64,000 nt of DNA from Alphaproteobacteria bacterium (GTDB lineage Bacteria > Pseudomonadota > Alphaproteobacteria > Bin95), in contig OZ219786.1 in the NCBI GenBank assembly GCA_964291285.2, positions 288,001 to 352,000 on the forward strand, written 5' to 3'. Below, piece after piece: positions 49,502 through 61,767 of the stretch (its first letter is position 1; the number at the start of each line of letters is the position of its first letter). Under the pieces are notes generated by a model. The model worked only from the letters and a program-made list of their open reading frames with translations, was not told where the DNA came from and searched no databases. The translations under genes and the position numbers were made by a program.

Positions 49502-50959
49502 ATGAAGGTTTCTTTCGCCGCTCCCGCCCTGCCCCGCTCGGGAGCCCTGGTGCTCACAGTCGCAAAGGGAGGGGCTCTGGAGGGCCTGGCGGCCGAGGCG
49601 GACGCCGCTGCAACCGGCGCCCTTTCGCAAGCGATGGCGGCTTCCCGTTTCGACGGCGAAGCGAAGGCCACGATCGAAGTGATGGCGCCTTCCGGCCTGG
49701 ACGCTGAGCGGGTGCTGATCGTCGGTGTCGGAGAAGAACTGGATGCCCGGCTCGCTGAAGATGTGGGCGGCACCGTCTATTCCGCGCTTGCCAAGTCGGG
49801 TTCCAATTCGGCGACACTGGTCTGGCCGCAGGCTGGCTCAGCTGCCGCTGCCGGCCTCGGCGCAGCCCTTGCAGCCTACCGGTTCGACAAGTACCGCACG
49901 AAACTGAAGGACAAGGACAAGCCGGCGCTCGCGGAACTTGTGGTCGCGGCGCCGGATACCGACGATGCACGCCAGTCCTACGAGGAGGACGGCGCCAGAA
50001 TTGTCGAGGCCGTCGCCTTCGCCCGCGACTTCGTATCGGAGCCGGGCAATGTCCTTTATCCGGAGAGCTATGCGGACGGGCTTCGCGAACTGGAGGGGCT
50101 CGGCGTTTCCGTGGAGGTATTCGACCAGGCGGCGCTTGAAGAACTGAAAATGGCCACACTGCTGGGCGTGGCGCAGGGAAGCGCGCGCGAGGCCCGGGTG
50201 GTCGTCATGCGCTGGCAGGGCGGGGAGGGGCCGCCGATCGCTCTCGTCGGCAAGGGCGTCACATTCGATACCGGCGGCATCTCGATCAAGCCCAGCGGCG
50301 GCATGGAAGAGATGAAATGGGACATGGGGGGATCCGCCGCCGTGGCCGGAGCCATGAAGGCCATTGCCGGGCGCAAGGCGGCCGCGAATGTCGTCGGAAT
50401 CGTCGGCCTGGTGGAAAACATGCCTTCGGCGACGGCCCAGCGGCCCGGCGATGTCGTGACCAGCTACTCCGGACAGACCGTCGAGGTTATCAACACCGAC
50501 GCTGAGGGCCGCCTCGTCCTGGCGGACCTGCTGGCCTATGTCATCGAGCGATATGAACCGCACGCCGTGGTCGATCTGGCGACGCTCACCGGCGCCATGG
50601 TGATGGCGCTTGCCCACGAATATGCCGGCATGTTCTCCAACGACGACGCGCTGGCAGAATCACTGATGTCGGCAGGCGCGGCCGTGGACGAGAAATTGTG
50701 GCGGTTTCCGCTCCACGAGGCCTACGACAAAATGCTCGAGTCCCACATCGCCGACATGAAGAACATCGGTCCGCGCGAGGCAGGCGCGATATCCGCGGCG
50801 CAGTTCCTGAAGCGCTTCGTCGGCGATACGCCCTGGGCTCACCTGGACATCGCCGGCACGGCCTGGACCGACAAGGCACGGCCGACTGTGCCAAAGGGAG
50901 CGACGGGCTACGGCGTGCGCCTGCTCGACAGGCTGGTCCGGGATGTCTGCGAAAGCTGA
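49502..50959 (+). CDS. pepA: Leucyl aminopeptidase
   Basis: VGKGVTFDTGG, MKWDMGG, NTDAEGRL, ATLTGA, WAHLDIAG. Confidence 0.95.
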   Translation: MKVSFAAPALPRSGALVLTVAKGGALEGLAAEADAAATGALSQAMAASRFDGEAKATIEVMAPSGLDAERVLIVGVGEELDARLAEDVGGTVYSALAKSGSNSATLVWPQAGSAAAAGLGAALAAYRFDKYRTKLKDKDKPALAELVVAAPDTDDARQSYEEDGARIVEAVAFARDFVSEPGNVLYPESYADGLRELEGLGVSVEVFDQAALEELKMATLLGVAQGSAREARVVVMRWQGGEGPPIALVGKGVTFDTGGISIKPSGGMEEMKWDMGGSAAVAGAMKAIAGRKAAANVVGIVGLVENMPSATAQRPGDVVTSYSGQTVEVINTDAEGRLVLADLLAYVIERYEPHAVVDLATLTGAMVMALAHEYAGMFSNDDALAESLMSAGAAVDEKLWRFPLHEAYDKMLESHIADMKNIGPREAGAISAAQFLKRFVGDTPWAHLDIAGTAWTDKARPTVPKGATGYGVRLLDRLVRDVCES

Positions 50960-51395
50960 CCCGCCGGTCTTCTACGACCTGGATGGCGCTCCGCTGGACC
51001 TCGGCCTGGGCCGGCTGCTGGAAGCAGCGCTGGCCGAGGGCCGGCGGGTCTGCGTCCGCCTCGGCCAGGACGAACGGGTGGCGGCACTCGACCAGGGGTT
51101 GTGGACCTACCGCAACGACAGCTTCCTGCCGCATGGATGCGAGGGCGACCCCGCCGAGCATCCGGTATGGCTGACGGCGGTGCCCGGAAATCCGAATGCG
51201 GCCGACCTGCTCGTCCTAGTGGACGATGCGCCGCTGGACGGACGCGAAGGATTCGCCGGCACCGCCTATCTGTTCGACCGGCGCGACCCCGCAATGCGCG
51301 ACATTGCCCGCGACCGGTTTGCCGCATTTCGAGACGAGGGAAGCCGGCCCGCATATCTGCGGTTCGGGCCGCAGGGCTGGCCGCAGTCCGAATAG
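50943..51395 (+). CDS. holC: DNA polymerase III chi subunit
   Basis: [19 protein letters not shown]. Confidence 0.85.
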   Translation: MSAKADPPVFYDLDGAPLDLGLGRLLEAALAEGRRVCVRLGQDERVAALDQGLWTYRNDSFLPHGCEGDPAEHPVWLTAVPGNPNAADLLVLVDDAPLDGREGFAGTAYLFDRRDPAMRDIARDRFAAFRDEGSRPAYLRFGPQGWPQSE

Positions 51396-51462
51396 CGCCG
51401 TTGTGCGGGCAGGGCGGCATGGCTATAACGCCGCGCCCGCCGTGCTGGGGAGGAGACCTGAA

Positions 51463-51885
51463 GTGGCGACCGAACGCACATTGTCTATCGTGAAGCCCGA
51501 CGCGACCCGACGCCAACTGACGGGAGAGATCATCGCCCGGCTGGAGAAGGCCGGGCTCAGGGTCGTGGCCCAGAAGCGCATCCGGCTGACGCGGGAGCAG
51601 GCGGAAGGCTTCTACGCCGAGCACAGCGAGCGGCCCTTTTTCGACGATCTCTGCACCTTCATGACCTCGGGCCCCGTCGTCGTGCAGGTGCTCGAATGCG
51701 AGGGCGCCATCGAACTCAATCGGGAGATCATGGGCGTCACCAACCCGGCCAATGCGGCCGAGGGCACGATCCGCAAGGACTATGGCGAGTCGATCGAGGC
51801 GAATTCCGTCCACGGCTCCGACTCTCCCGAAAGCGCGGCGCGCGAGATCGCCTATTTCTTCAGCGCCTGCGAAATCGTCGGCTAA
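51463..51885 (+). CDS. ndk: Nucleoside diphosphate kinase
   Basis: [23 protein letters not shown]; AGGAG RBS before the GTG. Confidence 0.95.
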   Translation: MATERTLSIVKPDATRRQLTGEIIARLEKAGLRVVAQKRIRLTREQAEGFYAEHSERPFFDDLCTFMTSGPVVVQVLECEGAIELNREIMGVTNPANAAEGTIRKDYGESIEANSVHGSDSPESAAREIAYFFSACEIVG

Positions 51886-52634
51886 ACCCGGTCCGGGCTG
51901 TCGACGCGAGCTACAGTCAACGCATCGACCCGGGCCGCGCCGGCGCGCTTGAGGGTCCGCGCGCAGGCCTCAAGCGTTGCCCCGGTCGTCAACACATCGT
52001 CCACGACAACTATTCGCGCGCCGCGGACCCGGTCCCGCCAGGCCGGCGCGACGCGGAATGCGCCGGCGACATTGCGTCCCCGCTCATTGCGCCCGAGTTC
52101 CGTCTGCGGGCGCGTGCGCCTTACGCGCCGCAAGAGGTCGGGAGCGAAGGCCGCCTCGCCTCCGGCAGCGAGCCGTCCCGCCAGCAGCGCGGCCTGGTTG
52201 TAGCGCCGCCGGTATAGCCGCATCCAGTGAAGCGGCACCGGGGCGACCCAATCCGCGTCCTTCAGCAGCACAGCGCCGGCTTCCCGCGCCCATGCTGACA
52301 GCAGCGGCGCCAGGCCGGTTTCGTCTCGGAACTTGAAGCGCTGGACAAGGTTTCTTGCGTTACCGCCGTAAATCAGCGCGCTTCTTGCCCGATCATAGGC
52401 AGGGTGTTTCGCCATGCACGCGCCGCAAAGCGAGCCGGCCTCCGCCTGGAAGGCGAAGGGCCGCCCGCAACTGTCGCACAACGGCTCGGCAATGAACTCG
52501 AGGTCCGACCAGCAGGCCCCGCAGACAGTCGCCGGGTCCGCTACCGGGCCCCGGCAAGAAGCGCAGCGCGGCGGCAGCGCGAGGTCCAGCAACCGCCGTG
52601 CAAACGCCGCAGCCTTCGTTTCGGGAAACACCAT
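51882..52634 (-). CDS. comF: ComF family protein (zinc ribbon plus PRTase)
   Basis: CxxC pairs, [21 protein letters not shown]. Confidence 0.9.
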   Translation of the reverse strand: MVFPETKAAAFARRLLDLALPPRCASCRGPVADPATVCGACWSDLEFIAEPLCDSCGRPFAFQAEAGSLCGACMAKHPAYDRARSALIYGGNARNLVQRFKFRDETGLAPLLSAWAREAGAVLLKDADWVAPVPLHWMRLYRRRYNQAALLAGRLAAGGEAAFAPDLLRRVRRTRPQTELGRNERGRNVAGAFRVAPAWRDRVRGARIVVVDDVLTTGATLEACARTLKRAGAARVDALTVARVDSPDRV

Positions 52635-52643
52635 CGGCCGGGA

Positions 52644-54176
52644 TCAGGCGGGGCGGCTCCAGAACCGCGTCGTGCCGTCGCGGTCGAGCTGTTCCACGAG
52701 GCCGGTCTCCCAGTCGAGATAAGCCTGCATGTTCTCCTCGACGGTCCCGCCCTGCTCATAGGGCTTCAGCCACACATCGTCGGCCGTATCCGCCATGTGC
52801 CAGGCGCCGCTTTCCAGCGGCCCGGTCCATGCCTCCGTGCCGCCCTCCAGCACGGAGACAGGCCGGTCGAAATCGCCGGCGGCCAGATGCGCCAGCCGCC
52901 CGTCCGGAGAGGTGAAGACATAGCGTTCCGCGTCCGGCAGGCGCGCCGAGGCAAGCCGCGAGCGGATCGCGAACCAGGCGCCCGGTATATGGCCTTCGGC
53001 ATAGCTGCGGCTGTCGGCGAAATCGACCACGACCGCGCCTTCGACGGCCTCCGGGCCGACCGTCGGCACATCGGCCAGACCCGGAATGTCGGCATCGACA
53101 GGTCCGGCCTCCAGCGGGCCGCCCTCCAGCACGCCTTCCAGCACGGCTGCATCCCAGTTCATCTGCCGGAGCCAGTGCGCGGTCATGGCGGCGCGAACGC
53201 CGTTGTCGTCCACAAGGAAGATGCGCGCGCCGCGCACCGCCGCATAGCGGTCGGTCGCCTGCACCAGCTGTCCGCCGGGCGCCGAACGCGACCCCTTCAG
53301 ATGCCCCGCCTCGAATTCGTGCGGATGGCGGACATCGAACACATAGGTGGTCCGGCCGGGCGCAGGCGGGATTTCGCGCACGACCGGCACCTCGAAACGC
53401 TCCGCAACCGCCGCGGCGCAGGCGCGCGCCGCTTCCAGCCCGGCCGCGCTCGGCTCCGGCGCCGGGCGCTCGTTGCCCCGCTCCAGTTCGAGGCCGGCGA
53501 GATGCCAGCCCATCGTGCCGTTTCGCAACGCCGCCACCCGGTTCGGGATCCCCGCATTTATCAGGGACTGCGCCCCGATGATGCTGCGCGTCCGCCCCGC
53601 GCAATTGACGATCACCGTGGTATCCGGAGACGGCGCGAGGTCGTGGACGCGATAGACCAGTTCCGCTCCGGGACAGCAGGTCCCGGTCGGAATGTTCATG
53701 TTGCGGAATTCGTCCATCGGCCGGCTGTCCAGCACGACCACCGGGTCCGGGCCGTCCAGCATGTCGCTGAGTTCCTCGGCCGACACGGACGGGGTGTCGT
53801 AGGCGTGCTCGACATATTCGCCGAAGGCCTTGCTCGGCACGTTGAAGCCGGAGAACACCTCGTAGCCCGCCTGCCGCCAGGCCTCGACGCCGTTCGCAAA
53901 CAGGGCGATGTCGGTGTAGCCGAGCTCATGGAGCCGCGCCGCGCCGCGTTCCGCAAGGCCGCCGCCATTGTCGGTCGCGACGATTTTCGTCGCCGCACGC
54001 GGCACGAGGTCGCGGATAGACAGTTCCAGCCGGGAGAGCGGGATATTGCAGGCGTGGAGCAGATGCGCGGGCGCGAACGAGCCCTCCTCGCGGAAGTCGA
54101 TGATGGCGAGTTCGTCCTCTCCGTCGAGCGCCTTTCGCAATTCCTCGGCCGAGATCGGGCTATAGTTCTCGCTCAT
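52644..54176 (-). CDS. Multi-domain rhodanese-like sulfurtransferase
   Basis: NVPSKAFGE, LDSRP, NCAGRTRS, GGQLVQATD, MQAYLDWE. Confidence 0.88.
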   Translation of the reverse strand: MSENYSPISAEELRKALDGEDELAIIDFREEGSFAPAHLLHACNIPLSRLELSIRDLVPRAATKIVATDNGGGLAERGAARLHELGYTDIALFANGVEAWRQAGYEVFSGFNVPSKAFGEYVEHAYDTPSVSAEELSDMLDGPDPVVVLDSRPMDEFRNMNIPTGTCCPGAELVYRVHDLAPSPDTTVIVNCAGRTRSIIGAQSLINAGIPNRVAALRNGTMGWHLAGLELERGNERPAPEPSAAGLEAARACAAAVAERFEVPVVREIPPAPGRTTYVFDVRHPHEFEAGHLKGSRSAPGGQLVQATDRYAAVRGARIFLVDDNGVRAAMTAHWLRQMNWDAAVLEGVLEGGPLEAGPVDADIPGLADVPTVGPEAVEGAVVVDFADSRSYAEGHIPGAWFAIRSRLASARLPDAERYVFTSPDGRLAHLAAGDFDRPVSVLEGGTEAWTGPLESGAWHMADTADDVWLKPYEQGGTVEENMQAYLDWETGLVEQLDRDGTTRFWSRPA

Positions 54177-54206
54177 GGGGTTTCCTTCCGGCGCAGCGGG
54201 GCGTCG

Positions 54207-54980
54207 ATGATACCGCAACTCTTCGACCGGGGCGCCCTTCGCCGCCACCGCGACCGCGCCGCCGCTGCACCTCCCGGCGCGGATTTCCTGTTTCGCGAGG
54301 TGGCGGAGCGGCTGGCGGACCGCCTCGACGATGTGACCGTCAGCTTCCCGCTCGCGCTCGATATCGGCGCGCGCGACGGCGTGCTGGCGTGCGCGCTGCA
54401 CGGGCGGGGGGGCATCGAGACCCTCATCCGCCTGGAGGCCTCGGAGGCGCTTTGCCGCGCCGGGGGCGGCGTCGGCGCCGTCGGCGAGGAGGACAATCTG
54501 CCCTTCGCGGCCGGGAGCTTCCATCTGATTGCAAGCAATCTTGCCCTGCACTGGACCCAGGACCTTCCGGGCGCGCTCGCCCAGATAAAGCGCGCGCTCA
54601 AGCCCGGCGGCCTCTTCCTCGCAAGCCTTTTCGGCGGCGAAACGCTGACCGAGCTGCGCCAGGGCCTGCTCGCCGCCGATGCGGCCGCGTCCGGCGGCGC
54701 AGCGCCCCGGGTTTCCCCCTTCGCGGACCTGCGCGACGCCGCCGGGCTGCTGCAGCGCGCCGGATTTGAGTTGCCGGTCGCCGATCTGGACACCATCCGG
54801 GTCACTTACGAATCCCCCTTCAAGCTGATGGCCGACCTTCGCGCCATGGGCGAGACCAATGCGCTGGCGGCGCGGCCCCGCCATTTCGCGCGCCGCGCGC
54901 TGTTCGCCGAACTCGCCTCGCAATACACCGCCCGGCAGGCAGCGACGTTCCAGGTCATCTATCTCTCCGGCTGGGCCTGA
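54207..54980 (+). CDS. SAM-dependent methyltransferase (BioC/NDUFAF5-like)
   Basis: LFDR, DFLFREVAERL, LDIG, LHW..DLPGAL, RVSPF, LLQRAGF.LPVAD. Confidence 0.88.
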   Translation: MIPQLFDRGALRRHRDRAAAAPPGADFLFREVAERLADRLDDVTVSFPLALDIGARDGVLACALHGRGGIETLIRLEASEALCRAGGGVGAVGEEDNLPFAAGSFHLIASNLALHWTQDLPGALAQIKRALKPGGLFLASLFGGETLTELRQGLLAADAAASGGAAPRVSPFADLRDAAGLLQRAGFELPVADLDTIRVTYESPFKLMADLRAMGETNALAARPRHFARRALFAELASQYTARQAATFQVIYLSGWA

Positions 54981-55999
54981 TCCGCGACGCCGCACCGCAG
55001 GAGGCGGGTTCCTGCGACCATCGCACGCAGCTTTTCCCTCGCCAGCCAGCGCGGCAGCGCCGAGAAGCCGCAATCGGCCGTGACCCAGAGGCGGTCCCGC
55101 GGCACCACCTCCAGCACCCTCTCCAGCCGCGCGGCCACTTCCCCGGGCGTTTCAATGTGGAACGACTTCACATCGACCACGCCGGCCGCGATCCGGAAGC
55201 GCTCGGCCAAAGCCGGCAATGTGTCGAGGTCCGCCATTTCCCGGTTTGCGAACTCCAGCACCAGCATCGAGCAGTCGAGCATGGCCATGCCCGGGAGCAG
55301 GCGGGTGAAGCCGCGCGGCGAATAGGGGCGGGACGCATTGTTGCCGAAGCAGATATGAACCGCGACGCGGTCCGCATGGCCGGCGATGGCGGTGTTGATC
55401 GCCTCGGCGCAGGCCCTGCTGTCCATGCCGTGCGAGAGGTCGGTGAAGCCCGGCTCGTCGATCTGGATGAGTTCGGCGTCTTCGCCGGCGAGCCTGTCGA
55501 GTTCGTCCCTCACAATGCCGGCGATGTCGTCGAGCAGCGCCGCCCTGTCGCCGCCATAGGGGCCTTCGGGCTCGATCTTGGGCATGAAGGTCAGAGGGCC
55601 GGGAAACGCAACCTTGAGCCGGCTGCCCGGCGCCAGCTCCCTGAGGCGGCGGAACTCGGCCGCGATGCCGAGCCCGCCGGGCGCCGCCACCCGTTCCCTG
55701 GCGGTGAAATGGGGGGCCCGGTCATAACCGGGCACGCCGAGGCGCCGGCCTGCCGGAATCCGCTCGATACCGGTCAGCCGGTCGTACATCTCGTAAACGA
55801 ATCGGCTCCGGCGGAGTTCGCCGTCGGAGACGATGTCCACGCCCGCTTCGATCTGGTCGGCAATCGCGATGCGGGTCGCGTCGTCGAAGGCTTCCTCGAC
55901 ATCCTCGGCCCCGGTCCGGCCCGCGCGCATGGCCTCCCGGAACAGGAACAGCCAGCCGGGCGCCGCATAGGACCCCACGCCCATTGTCGGCAAATCCAT
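54959..55999 (-). CDS. Cobalamin-independent methionine synthase II family (single-domain) protein
   Basis: VGSY, SDGELRR, QIDEP, HICFGN, EFANRE, DCGF. Confidence 0.85.
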   Translation of the reverse strand: MDLPTMGVGSYAAPGWLFLFREAMRAGRTGAEDVEEAFDDATRIAIADQIEAGVDIVSDGELRRSRFVYEMYDRLTGIERIPAGRRLGVPGYDRAPHFTARERVAAPGGLGIAAEFRRLRELAPGSRLKVAFPGPLTFMPKIEPEGPYGGDRAALLDDIAGIVRDELDRLAGEDAELIQIDEPGFTDLSHGMDSRACAEAINTAIAGHADRVAVHICFGNNASRPYSPRGFTRLLPGMAMLDCSMLVLEFANREMADLDTLPALAERFRIAAGVVDVKSFHIETPGEVAARLERVLEVVPRDRLWVTADCGFSALPRWLAREKLRAMVAGTRLLRCGVADQAQPER

Positions 56000-56079
56000 G
56001 CCGCTCCTCCTTCTCGACCGCCGCACCGGGATAGTAACGGCTTCTCCGGCGCCGGGAAGCTTTCCGACGGTTGCGGGAG

Positions 56080-56138
56080 TGTCATGAAAATGTCATGTTT
56101 TGTCATGAGGCCCGCCGAAAATGTCATGTTTTGTCATG
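56080..56138 (-). repeat. Five phased CATGACA heptamers, copy B
   Basis: TGTCATG on + at 56080, 56091, 56101, 56122 and 56132 (spacing 10/21/10/11 read on -). Confidence 0.92.
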
Positions 56139-56188
56139 GTGCGCCGGCCTTCGTTCGAAACGCCGGCATCCGTATCCTGATCCCGCAT
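56093..56188 (-). CDS. Possible 31-aa mini-ORF in cassette copy B
   Basis: GGAGG just upstream of the ATG; MRDQDTDAGVSNEGRRTMTKHDIFGGPHDKT*. Occupies the same slot as the 200-aa ORF in copy A. Confidence 0.3.
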   Translation of the reverse strand: MRDQDTDAGVSNEGRRTMTKHDIFGGPHDKT

Positions 56189-56241
56189 ACGGTACCTCCA
56201 TCGTGTTCCGTTCTCCCCGCCGCCGGCCTGCCCGGCAGGAG

Positions 56242-56378
56242 GGACCCTTTTCCGCGCGTATCGCGGGCGCGCGCGGGCGGGCGTCGGCGCCGGCGCGGTT
56301 CGCGCGCCTGATTGCGCCTGCGCGCGCGAGGCCCATGCGCAGGGCGCACGTCTCCCGTCCGTTTCTCAGGGGTCTTTT
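56242..56378 (-). repeat. Conserved GC-rich leader, copy B
   Basis: Reverse-complement homologue of 43626-43748. Confidence 0.85.
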
Positions 56379-56430
56379 CGCGCCGGCGCGAAGCGGCCCT
56401 GCAGATGCCGCTTCCGTTGCCCCATATTAG

Positions 56431-58444
56431 CCCGACTTCCGCAACTCGGCTTGAGAATCGACTGATTTGACGGTTTTCCGGCGCGAGAAGTGTCGGATTT
56501 CGGTGCAGTACCTCTCGGGACCGGCTTGTAGTGCCGACCTACCCCCTTGATCGGGCTGGCGAAGATCCGGACGCTGCGCTGATGTTCGTGCGCTGCAAGA
56601 GACGCTTCAAGGACGGCAAGGAGCACCGCTACTGGAGCGTTGTGGAGAACGTCCGGGTCCACGGCGGTCGGGTTGTTCAGCGTCAGGTGCTCTATCTCGG
56701 GGAGATCAACGACAGCCAGCGAGCGGCGTGGTGCCGCTCGATCGAGGTGGTGGAGGGCAAGTCGCGATCACGGCAGATGGCGCTGTTTCCCGAGGACCGG
56801 GAGGCGCCGGCGCTGACTTGCGAAGTGGTGAAGATCGACCTCTCGCAGGTGGCGCTTCACGACCCGCGCCAGTGGGGGGCGTGCTGGCTGGCGCTGTCCT
56901 TGTGGGACCGCCTGGACCTGGACCGCTTCTGGGAAGAGCGGCTGCCGGCGAGCCGGCAAGGCACGCGGTGGCTGGACATCCTGAAGATCCAGGTCTGCTA
57001 CCGGCTGATCGACCCGGGCAGCGAGTGGCGCCTTCACCGTCACTGGTATGAGCACAGCGCGCTTCGCGATCTTCTGGGTGGCGAGCGGGCGATCGCCGAC
57101 GACACACTCTATCGCTGTCTCGACAAGCTGCTGGCGCACAAGCAGGGCTTCTTCTCGTTTCTGCGCGACCGCTGGGCGACGCTGTTCGAGGCGCGCTTCG
57201 ACGTGCTGCTCTACGACCTGACCTCGACCTACTTCGAGAGCGATCCGCCGTTCGATGACAAGCGCCGCTTCGGCTACAGCCGGGACAAGCGGCCCGACTG
57301 CGTGCAGGTGGTGATCGCCCTGATCGTTACGCCGCAGGGCTTTCCGCTGGCCTATGAGGTGATGCCGGGCAACACCTCCGACGACACCACGCTGGCGGCG
57401 TTCCTCAAGAAGATCGAGGATCAGTATGGCCGCTCCGAGCGGGTGTGGATCATGGACCGCGGCATCCCCACCGAGGAGACGCTGGCCGCGATGCGCGAGG
57501 GCGAGGCGCCGGTGCGCTACCTGGTGGGCACGCCCAAGGGCCGGCTGACGCGGCTCGAGAAGGTGTTCCTGGGCCTGCCCTGGCAGGAGGTGCGCCAGTC
57601 CGTGACTGTCAAGCTTCTGGTCGAGGATGGCGAGCTCTACGTCCTGGTGCGCAGCGAGGGGCGGCAGGTGAAGGAACGCGGCATGCGCCGGCGCCGGCTG
57701 AAGAGGCTGTGGCGTCGATTGGCCGAGTTGCAAGGGCAGTCGAACAGCCGGGATCAGTTGTTGCTCAAGCTCGGCGCCGCCAGGAAGGAGGCCGGCCGGG
57801 CCTGGAGCCTGGTCGACATCACCGTGCCCGGGACCGACAGCGAACTCGCCGCCAACGGCTTCTCATTCCGCCTGCAGCGCGACCGGCTGCGCCAGGTCCG
57901 CCGCCGCGAGGGCCGTTACCTGCTGCGATCCAACATGGTCGCCGAAGACCCCGCCACGCTGTGGCATCTGTACATGCAGCTCGTCGAGATCGAGCAGGCG
58001 TTCAAGGAACTCAAGCACGACCTCGCGATCCGCCCCATCTTCCATCAGCGCCAAGAGCGCATCGAGGCGCATATCTTCGTCTCGTTCATCGCCTACTGCC
58101 TGCTGGTGACCCTGAAGAACCTCGCCCGGCCGCGCGCCCCGGGCCTCACCCCACGCGCCATCCTTGAGGCCTTCGCCACCATCCAGATGGTGGACGTCCA
58201 TCTGCCAACCACCGACGGCCGGCACCTCGTCCTGCCGCGCCACACCCGGCCGAACAAGGAGCACGAGCTACTGCTGCAACAGCTCGGCATGACCTGGCCG
58301 CAGCAACCCGCACCCCGGATCTCCGCCTGACGGCACACGGCGCCGCCTCTCCGTTCGCCGCCTTGTAGTGCCGACCCTCGGGGAGACGATCAAGGCTATT
58401 CAATGAGTTAGCATCCTCATGACCCCCGAGTTGCGGAAGTCGGG
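56431..58444 (+). mobile_element. IS1634 family insertion sequence, 2014 bp
   Basis: Perfect 19-bp IR cccgacttccgcaactcgg. TTAG target duplication at 56427-56430 and 58445-58448. Subterminal direct repeat cttgtagtgccgacc at 56525-56539 and 58362-58376. Confidence 0.93.
56582..58330 (+). CDS. IS1634 family DDE transposase
   Basis: KDGKEHRYWSVVE, LLYDLTSTYFE, GYSRDKRPD, MDRGI, IEQAFKELK, RPIFHQ...RIEAHIF. Confidence 0.93.
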   Translation: MFVRCKRRFKDGKEHRYWSVVENVRVHGGRVVQRQVLYLGEINDSQRAAWCRSIEVVEGKSRSRQMALFPEDREAPALTCEVVKIDLSQVALHDPRQWGACWLALSLWDRLDLDRFWEERLPASRQGTRWLDILKIQVCYRLIDPGSEWRLHRHWYEHSALRDLLGGERAIADDTLYRCLDKLLAHKQGFFSFLRDRWATLFEARFDVLLYDLTSTYFESDPPFDDKRRFGYSRDKRPDCVQVVIALIVTPQGFPLAYEVMPGNTSDDTTLAAFLKKIEDQYGRSERVWIMDRGIPTEETLAAMREGEAPVRYLVGTPKGRLTRLEKVFLGLPWQEVRQSVTVKLLVEDGELYVLVRSEGRQVKERGMRRRRLKRLWRRLAELQGQSNSRDQLLLKLGAARKEAGRAWSLVDITVPGTDSELAANGFSFRLQRDRLRQVRRREGRYLLRSNMVAEDPATLWHLYMQLVEIEQAFKELKHDLAIRPIFHQRQERIEAHIFVSFIAYCLLVTLKNLARPRAPGLTPRAILEAFATIQMVDVHLPTTDGRHLVLPRHTRPNKEHELLLQQLGMTWPQQPAPRISA

Positions 58445-60778
<2,334 letters not shown>

Positions 60779-60783
60779 CGGCC

Positions 60784-61767
60784 ATGCACCGCCTCTCCGT
60801 CGCGCCGATGATGGACCGGACGGACCGGCACTGCCGCTTCTTCCACCGGCTGCTCTCGCGGCGCACACGCCTCTATACCGAGATGCTGACGGCCGGGGCG
60901 GTCATTCACGGCGACCGGGACCGGCTGCTGGGCTTCGACCCGGTCGAGCATCCCGTCGCGCTGCAACTGGGCGGGAGCGAGCCGGCGATGCTGGCGCAGG
61001 CGGCGCGCATCGGCGAGCGGCTGGGTTATGACGAGATCAACCTCAATTGTGGCTGCCCGAGCGACCGGGTGAAGAAGGGCCGCTTCGGCGCGAGCCTGAT
61101 GGCCGAGCCGGAACTTGTCGGCCGCTGCCTCGCCGCCATGCGCGAGGCGGTCTCGGTCCCCGTAACCGTCAAGTGCCGCGTGGGCATAGACGACCAGGAC
61201 GACGATGCGCTCGAACGCTTCGCCTGGACCGTCCACGCGCTTTCGGGCGTCACCGTCTTCATCGTCCATGCCCGCAAGGCGTGGCTCGAGGGCCTCAGCC
61301 CGAAGGAGAACCGGGAAGTTCCGCCCCTGCGCTACGAACTGGCGTTCCGCCTGAAGGCAGAGCGCCCGGACCTGTGCATCGTGCTGAACGGCGGCGTTTC
61401 CGGCCTCGACGAGGCGGAAGCCCTTCTTGAGGACGGGGCCGTCGATGGCGTCATGCTGGGCCGGGCCGCCTATTCGGACCCCTGGCTGCTCGCCGATGCG
61501 GACCGGCGCCTGTTCCGTGTGGAAAACCCGGTGCAGTCGCGGCAGGAGGCCGTAGAAGTGCTGCTGCCTTACGCCGAACGGCTGGCGGCGGACGGCATCC
61601 GCCTGCATGCGCTCACCCGGCATGTCCACGGGCTGTTCCAGGGCTGCCCCGGCGCCCGCGCCTTCCGCCGCCACCTGGCGGAGAACGCACACCTGCCGGG
61701 CGCGGACTCCGAAGTGCTCGCCGCAGCCGCAAGCCTCGCGACCCCGCCCGACCGCCTGGCGGCGTGA
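60784..61767 (+). CDS. dusA: tRNA dihydrouridine synthase A
   Basis: SVAPMMDRTDRH, LQLGGS, INLNCGCPSDRV, VHARKAWLEGLSPKENR. Confidence 0.95.
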   Translation: MHRLSVAPMMDRTDRHCRFFHRLLSRRTRLYTEMLTAGAVIHGDRDRLLGFDPVEHPVALQLGGSEPAMLAQAARIGERLGYDEINLNCGCPSDRVKKGRFGASLMAEPELVGRCLAAMREAVSVPVTVKCRVGIDDQDDDALERFAWTVHALSGVTVFIVHARKAWLEGLSPKENREVPPLRYELAFRLKAERPDLCIVLNGGVSGLDEAEALLEDGAVDGVMLGRAAYSDPWLLADADRRLFRVENPVQSRQEAVEVLLPYAERLAADGIRLHALTRHVHGLFQGCPGARAFRRHLAENAHLPGADSEVLAAAASLATPPDRLAA

